A stretch of 64,000 nucleotides of DNA, from contig JBHHYO010000005.1 of assembly GCA_046757665.1 (NCBI GenBank), positions 1-64,000 of the forward strand. Reading direction: 5' to 3'. Source of the DNA: Nitrospinales bacterium. GTDB lineage: Bacteria > Nitrospinota > Nitrospinia > Nitrospinales > JAJDAT01. The notes under the pieces are model-generated. The model saw nothing but the letters and a program-made list of their open reading frames with translations, made no database searches and was not told the DNA's origin. The position numbers and the translations under genes are program-made. Below, one piece after another: positions 59,450-64,000 of this stretch. Within the stretch, counting starts at the first letter, position 1, and each line of letters begins with the position of its first letter.

Positions 59450-60673
59450 TCAAGTCGATTGCCCGCCCTCCCCGCTTGCCCCGGCGGGCCGTGGTTTTGC
59501 GGGGAAACCGGGGACGGCGCACCGGCTCAACAAGCTGAACGCGATCAGGCCCACCAGCATTGTGGGAGCAATATGCGCCGGGAAATTGACCGTCGCTGAA
59601 CCGCCGAACAAAAGAAGTGAACACAGCAAAATCCATTTCTCCCGGTTCAACGGTTTCAAGTTTCCCAAAGGAATGGCCACGGCGCCGACCAGCAAGATCA
59701 TGCCCACAAGGCCCGCCTCATACAGGAATTGCAGGAAATCGTTGTGCGCGTAGGTGAAGACGCCGTACGTCTTCATTTTCTGTTGCCGCGGAAATTGTTC
59801 CTTGAACGTGCCCAGACCATGGCCCAGGAGCCAATGGGTTTTGTATTGCTCAAGGATTTCGGCGTAAATGATTTTGCGGATTTTGATGGATTGAATCGGC
59901 CCGGCTTCCCGGTTCACGCCGCGGCCCGCGGCGGGCGAATATTTTTCCGCAATCACTGCCGCCAGCACGGCCGTCATGACGACCCCCGCCACCAGGGCGC
60001 GCTTCTTGTTCAGGAAAAAAAAGACGAAAGGGAAACCGACCAGGACAAAACTCATCCAGTCGTTGGGGTTGCCGAATACTCCGTTGACCCGCAAATGCGG
60101 AACCACCTCGGGCAGTTGCAGGTCCATGGCGACATCCATGCGGTCGCCGACTTTCCGGTAAGTGATTTTTTTGAGATAGTTGTTGCCCGGCACCGCGTGC
60201 TCCCCTTCCTCGAGTTTTCCGGCGCGGATCAGTTCGTCGGTGTATTGCTTGACATACCGTGCGCTGTCATAGCGAATCGCCGCGTTCACCACGGAAAGAA
60301 TGGGATGCAGGTGGAAATACTGAAGAGCGCCGTACCCCAGCACCACGCAGAACGACAGGGCGACGGCTTTTTTCAGCCAGTGAAAATCGTCCTCGGCCCA
60401 CTGGATGAACAGGTAGAGGCCGGAGAAAGCCAGCACCGGGATCAACGCGGCGAAGGACACGTCGTTGTCACGGAAAACGGAAAAGAGGTCGAGGTAGGCG
60501 AGCAGGCAGGCGTAACTTTTGTTGTAAAACCAGATGCCATAAACCAGGAGGAGGGCCAGGATGCCGACAACGGCTTTCTCCTTGACCTGCCGGCTCCAGT
60601 CGCCCTCCATGGGCATGGAAAATATCCACGGCGAAAGGAGCACGGCGGCGGCGATGACGTATTTGTAGAACAT
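59450..60673 (-). CDS. O-antigen ligase / oligosaccharyltransferase-like (Wzy_C) membrane protein
   Basis: Multiple TM segments; [32 protein letters not shown]. Confidence 0.75.
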   Translation of the reverse strand: MFYKYVIAAAVLLSPWIFSMPMEGDWSRQVKEKAVVGILALLLVYGIWFYNKSYACLLAYLDLFSVFRDNDVSFAALIPVLAFSGLYLFIQWAEDDFHWLKKAVALSFCVVLGYGALQYFHLHPILSVVNAAIRYDSARYVKQYTDELIRAGKLEEGEHAVPGNNYLKKITYRKVGDRMDVAMDLQLPEVVPHLRVNGVFGNPNDWMSFVLVGFPFVFFFLNKKRALVAGVVMTAVLAAVIAEKYSPAAGRGVNREAGPIQSIKIRKIIYAEILEQYKTHWLLGHGLGTFKEQFPRQQKMKTYGVFTYAHNDFLQFLYEAGLVGMILLVGAVAIPLGNLKPLNREKWILLCSLLLFGGSATVNFPAHIAPTMLVGLIAFSLLSRCAVPGFPAKPRPAGASGEGGQST

Positions 60674-60690
60674 GGGGGACGGGCCCCGGC

Positions 60691-61335
60691 CTAAAAAACC
60701 TTCACGATCAGGGAGGCGACTGTATCCTGCGACTGGGCGGTGAAAATCGCCGATCCGGTTTCCGCGCCTGTTAAGGTAACCGAGAAAATGACTTCCCGTG
60801 TCGTCTCGCCGGGGATCGTGGCTACCGGGGGCGAGGCGCTGGGAACGGCCCTCGTCCCCTCTGCCAGGGTAAGCGTGTTCGTGTTCTGGGAAATCGTCGC
60901 CGCCGGCGATATGGAATAGTTGGCGGTAACAGACGTTGACTTCTGCGGCGAGGCGGCGGTCGTGTCAAACTCTGTGGGCCGGGCCGCAAAGACCAGCGTT
61001 CCAAGCGCCCCGGAACTGAGCGTGCAGTCCTTCTTGTTGGTGTCGATGTTGCTGGCGGAGGTGGCGCAAATACAGTCCTTGCTGTCGACGCTGGTGCAGG
61101 TCAGGGACACCGTGATCAAGGCGGTGTCCTTTACCTTGACCTCGTTGCGGTTGGTGGTCGTCAACTTGATCGTGCGGTCGCCTCCCACCGCGATGGTCCC
61201 GCCCACGGTGGTGGTCACGCTACCGTCCACTCCGCTTGCTTCGTTCTTAACCGACCCGCACCCGGAAACCGCGCCCATCAGGGAAAAGACGAGCACGGCA
61301 ATTCCCCAACTTCGGCTTGATTGGCTGATCTTCAT
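60691..61335 (-). CDS. Ser/Thr-rich lipoprotein, hypothetical
   Basis: Lipobox VSGC; beta-rich, T/S-rich body with four clustered Cys. Confidence 0.75.
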   Translation of the reverse strand: MKISQSSRSWGIAVLVFSLMGAVSGCGSVKNEASGVDGSVTTTVGGTIAVGGDRTIKLTTTNRNEVKVKDTALITVSLTCTSVDSKDCICATSASNIDTNKKDCTLSSGALGTLVFAARPTEFDTTAASPQKSTSVTANYSISPAATISQNTNTLTLAEGTRAVPSASPPVATIPGETTREVIFSVTLTGAETGSAIFTAQSQDTVASLIVKVF

Positions 61336-61352
61336 AACGCAAACCCTCTCAT

Positions 61353-62429
61353 TTAATTTTCCAACACTTTTTTCAAGACCGCATCCGGGACCTGGTCCAC
61401 AATTTCGACGGCGCCGATTTCCTTTGCCAGGACAAATCGTATGCGTTCGTCGTGGGACTTTTTATCCAGGTGCATGGATTCGATTAATTGCCTGGCCGGC
61501 AAATCCGGCACACGGGACGGCAGGCCGAATTTTTCCACCAGGGAGGCCAGTCGGCGGCACACCGTATCCGGACACAGCCCCATTTCCCGGGAAAGCCTGG
61601 CCGCGTAAACCATGCCGATGGCTATGGCCTCGCCGTGTTTATAGACCGCATAATTCGTTACAGCTTCAATCGCATGTCCCAGAGTATGGCCAAAGTTAAG
61701 GATCATCCGCAAACGGTTTTCCTTTTCGTCTCTTTGCACCACCCGGCCCTTGATGGCACAGGAGGTTTCGACAATATGCTCCAGGCACGCGGGGTCCCGT
61801 TGCAGGATATTTTCCGCATGGTCGTCGAGATAGTCGAACAATTGGGCGTCGGCGATGACGCCATACTTGATGACCTCGGCCAGCCCCGCCCGGAATTCCT
61901 CCTGGGGCAGGGTGTTCAGGGTGTCGAGGTCGATGACAACCGCCCTGGGCTGATAAAAGACGCCGATCATGTTTTTCCCCAGAGAATGATTGACGGCGGT
62001 TTTGCCGCCGACACTGCTGTCCACCTGGGCCAGGAGGGTGGTGGGCGCCTGGATGAAAGGGATTCCTCTCATGAACGTCGCCGCCACAAACCCGGTGAGG
62101 TCGCCGATCACACCGCCGCCGAGAGCCACCAGCACCGACCGGCGGTCGCAATTCAATTCCAGAAGCCGGCCAAACAGTTTTTCCGCCTCTCCCAGGGATT
62201 TGTGCTCTTCTCCCTCGGGCACCTGGATGCAATCCGTTTTCAATCCCGCACGGTGCAGGCCGCCGACGGTTTTCTCGCCATGCAACCGGTCGATGGACGG
62301 ATGCGTCACCACCACCGCCCGCGAGGTTTGCACCGCTTCGCACAGCAAGCGCCCGGTGTGTTCCAAAAGGCCCTGGCCGATCAGTATTTCATAACTTCTT
62401 TCTCCCAGATCGACGTTCAACCGCTTCAT
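61353..62429 (-). CDS. aroB: 3-dehydroquinate synthase
   Basis: GEEHKS, ALGGGVIGD, PTTLLAQVDSSVGGKT, LNFGHTLGHAIE, HGEA. Confidence 0.97.
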   Translation of the reverse strand: MKRLNVDLGERSYEILIGQGLLEHTGRLLCEAVQTSRAVVVTHPSIDRLHGEKTVGGLHRAGLKTDCIQVPEGEEHKSLGEAEKLFGRLLELNCDRRSVLVALGGGVIGDLTGFVAATFMRGIPFIQAPTTLLAQVDSSVGGKTAVNHSLGKNMIGVFYQPRAVVIDLDTLNTLPQEEFRAGLAEVIKYGVIADAQLFDYLDDHAENILQRDPACLEHIVETSCAIKGRVVQRDEKENRLRMILNFGHTLGHAIEAVTNYAVYKHGEAIAIGMVYAARLSREMGLCPDTVCRRLASLVEKFGLPSRVPDLPARQLIESMHLDKKSHDERIRFVLAKEIGAVEIVDQVPDAVLKKVLEN

Positions 62430-64000
62430 CGAGACGCCGGCAGTTCGATGTTTTCGACAATCGTCGGAGTGATGAAAATCAACAGTTCGTTGACGACATC
62501 CTGGTTGGATTGACGCCGGAACAACGCACCCAGCAAGGGAATCTTGCCGAACAAGGGAACCATGTCGCGGGTTTCGTTGACGGTGTTTTCATAGAGTCCG
62601 CCAAGCACCGTGGTCTCGCCGTTTTTCACCAGGACTTCGGTCTGCGCTTCCTTGGTCGTAATGGACGGCACGTTGTCGACGGACATGGCAAAGTCGGCGG
62701 CGTTCTTGGTCGCCAGGATTCTCATGTAAATATTGCCGTCCGCCGTAATATGCGGCGTAACCGTCAGACTGATATCGGCGTCGACGAACTGGATTTGCGT
62801 GCCGTCCTGGGAGACCGTTTTGAAAGGGATTCTGCGGCCGCTACGTATGACGGCCTTCCGGTTGTTGAGCGTGGTGACTTTGGGACTGGACAGGATTCTT
62901 CCTTTTCCCTGCGTTTCGATGGCGGACAATTGAATATCCAACTGGGTATTGCCGACAAAACTGCCCAGCGCCAGCCCCAGTCCCCCGGCGGTGCCGGCGG
63001 TTGACGGCAAATCCACGATGAATCCGGAAGGAGTCAGGGACGTGCCTGCCGTTCCCAGGCTGGGCGGCCCCAGGTTGACGGTATTGGGGAACTCGTTGGG
63101 CGTGATGCGCGTCAACCGCCCCCCCCACTGGATGCCCAGGCTTTGCACAAAATTTTTGTTGACCTCGACGATCCGCGCCTCGATCATCACCTGCCCCATA
63201 CGCACGTCCAATGTTTCGATCAACGCCGCCATGCGGTCGATTCGGGCTTGCGTATCGGTCAGAATGATGGTGTTGGTCTGCTTGTCCATGGTGATCTTCC
63301 CGCGGGGGGATGTCATCGGTTTCAGATTTTTGATCAACGCCAGGATATCGGCATAATTGATGCGCACGGTCTGGGTAATCATGTCGGCGGAGTCTTTTCC
63401 CGTCTGGACGGCGAGCGTACGCGCCTGCTCCACCGTTGCGCGGGTGGCGGCTTCCTGGTCCAGCGTGCTTTGCGTGGCGACTCTCAGAATGCCGTTAAAG
63501 CATTCGCGGCCGAGACCGTTATTCCTCATGACGGTGTTCAAGGCGACGTTCCACGGAACATTGATCAGTTTCATGGTGATGGTTCCCGCCACTTCCGGGG
63601 AAATCACGAGATTCAAGCCGCTTGTTTCGGCAATGATTCTCAGGATATTGCGCAAATCGGCCTGTTGGAAATCGAATGAGATTTTTCCCTTTTCGCCGTT
63701 GCCGGCCAGGATGGGATCGCAGGGGTCTCCGGTCGGGTTTTGCTCCGCCACGGCGCCGCGTTCGTCATTCGGGCGCGCCAGTTGTCCAACCACTTCCGTT
63801 GAGATGGGCACTGCGGGTTCCGCCACGGATTTTTTTGCCGGGGGTGATTGCCCGGCTTCCTGCGCCACCGGTTGCAACCTGATCAACAACCGGTTCTGCT
63901 TCGGTTGGCTGATCGAGTAGGACACCCGGCTGTTCAGGGAAACTTCCAGCCGCAACACTTCGGCTTCCTTGAAAAAAATCGGATGTATCGATTGGACGAC
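62426..64000 (-). CDS. pilQ: Type IV pilus secretin PilQ (5' end beyond the window)
   Basis: ISFDFQQADL, VPW, QVMIEARIVE, SSPKVTT, VTPHIT, VPLFGKIPLLGALF, ELLIFITP; frame stays open to the window edge. Confidence 0.92.
   Translation of the reverse strand, partial: VVQSIHPIFFKEAEVLRLEVSLNSRVSYSISQPKQNRLLIRLQPVAQEAGQSPPAKKSVAEPAVPISTEVVGQLARPNDERGAVAEQNPTGDPCDPILAGNGEKGKISFDFQQADLRNILRIIAETSGLNLVISPEVAGTITMKLINVPWNVALNTVMRNNGLGRECFNGILRVATQSTLDQEAATRATVEQARTLAVQTGKDSADMITQTVRINYADILALIKNLKPMTSPRGKITMDKQTNTIILTDTQARIDRMAALIETLDVRMGQVMIEARIVEVNKNFVQSLGIQWGGRLTRITPNEFPNTVNLGPPSLGTAGTSLTPSGFIVDLPSTAGTAGGLGLALGSFVGNTQLDIQLSAIETQGKGRILSSPKVTTLNNRKAVIRSGRRIPFKTVSQDGTQIQFVDADISLTVTPHITADGNIYMRILATKNAADFAMSVDNVPSITTKEAQTEVLVKNGETTVLGGLYENTVNETRDMVPLFGKIPLLGALFRRQSNQDVVNELLIFITPTIVENIELPASR

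Overview
A gene-dense, GC-rich bacterial chromosome segment, mostly housekeeping. The gene repertoire suggests a Nitrospinota/Deltaproteobacteria-like Gram-negative (inference only). Contents in order: the tail of a nucleotide-sugar/surface-polysaccharide operon (three SDR epimerases, a cupin, an FGE-family protein, a GT2), apgM-like/lysC/cimA, hldD, tdh-kbl, purB-purC, orn, a glnD-like gene, aroF, an isolated dnaN, glyQ, a DHH-CBS tRNA nucleotidyltransferase, Dsb-type proteins, mrp, hisAF, rmlC, tRNA-Val-thrS-infC-rpmI-rplT-pheS, miaB, an aldehyde dehydrogenase, aroB and a 5'-truncated pilQ. There are two accessory regions. (1) A type III R-M operon has an MNT-HEPN toxin-antitoxin pair between mod and res, and mod carries an in-frame DUF559-like endonuclease domain bracketed by two identical 35-bp palindromic direct repeats. 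This is the most striking feature of the window and a candidate mobile cassette. (2) An AT-rich two-gene insert with its own promoter sits directly after glyQ. Also notable: a full-length ApgM homologue that has lost essentially all catalytic residues, a degenerate ADP-ribosylglycohydrolase, an MBL hydrolase that apparently must start at AUU, a radical SAM protein with non-canonical Cys spacing, a split CapF/WbjC, and three distinct families of REP-like palindromic elements. All calls come from reading motifs by eye; no database searches were run.
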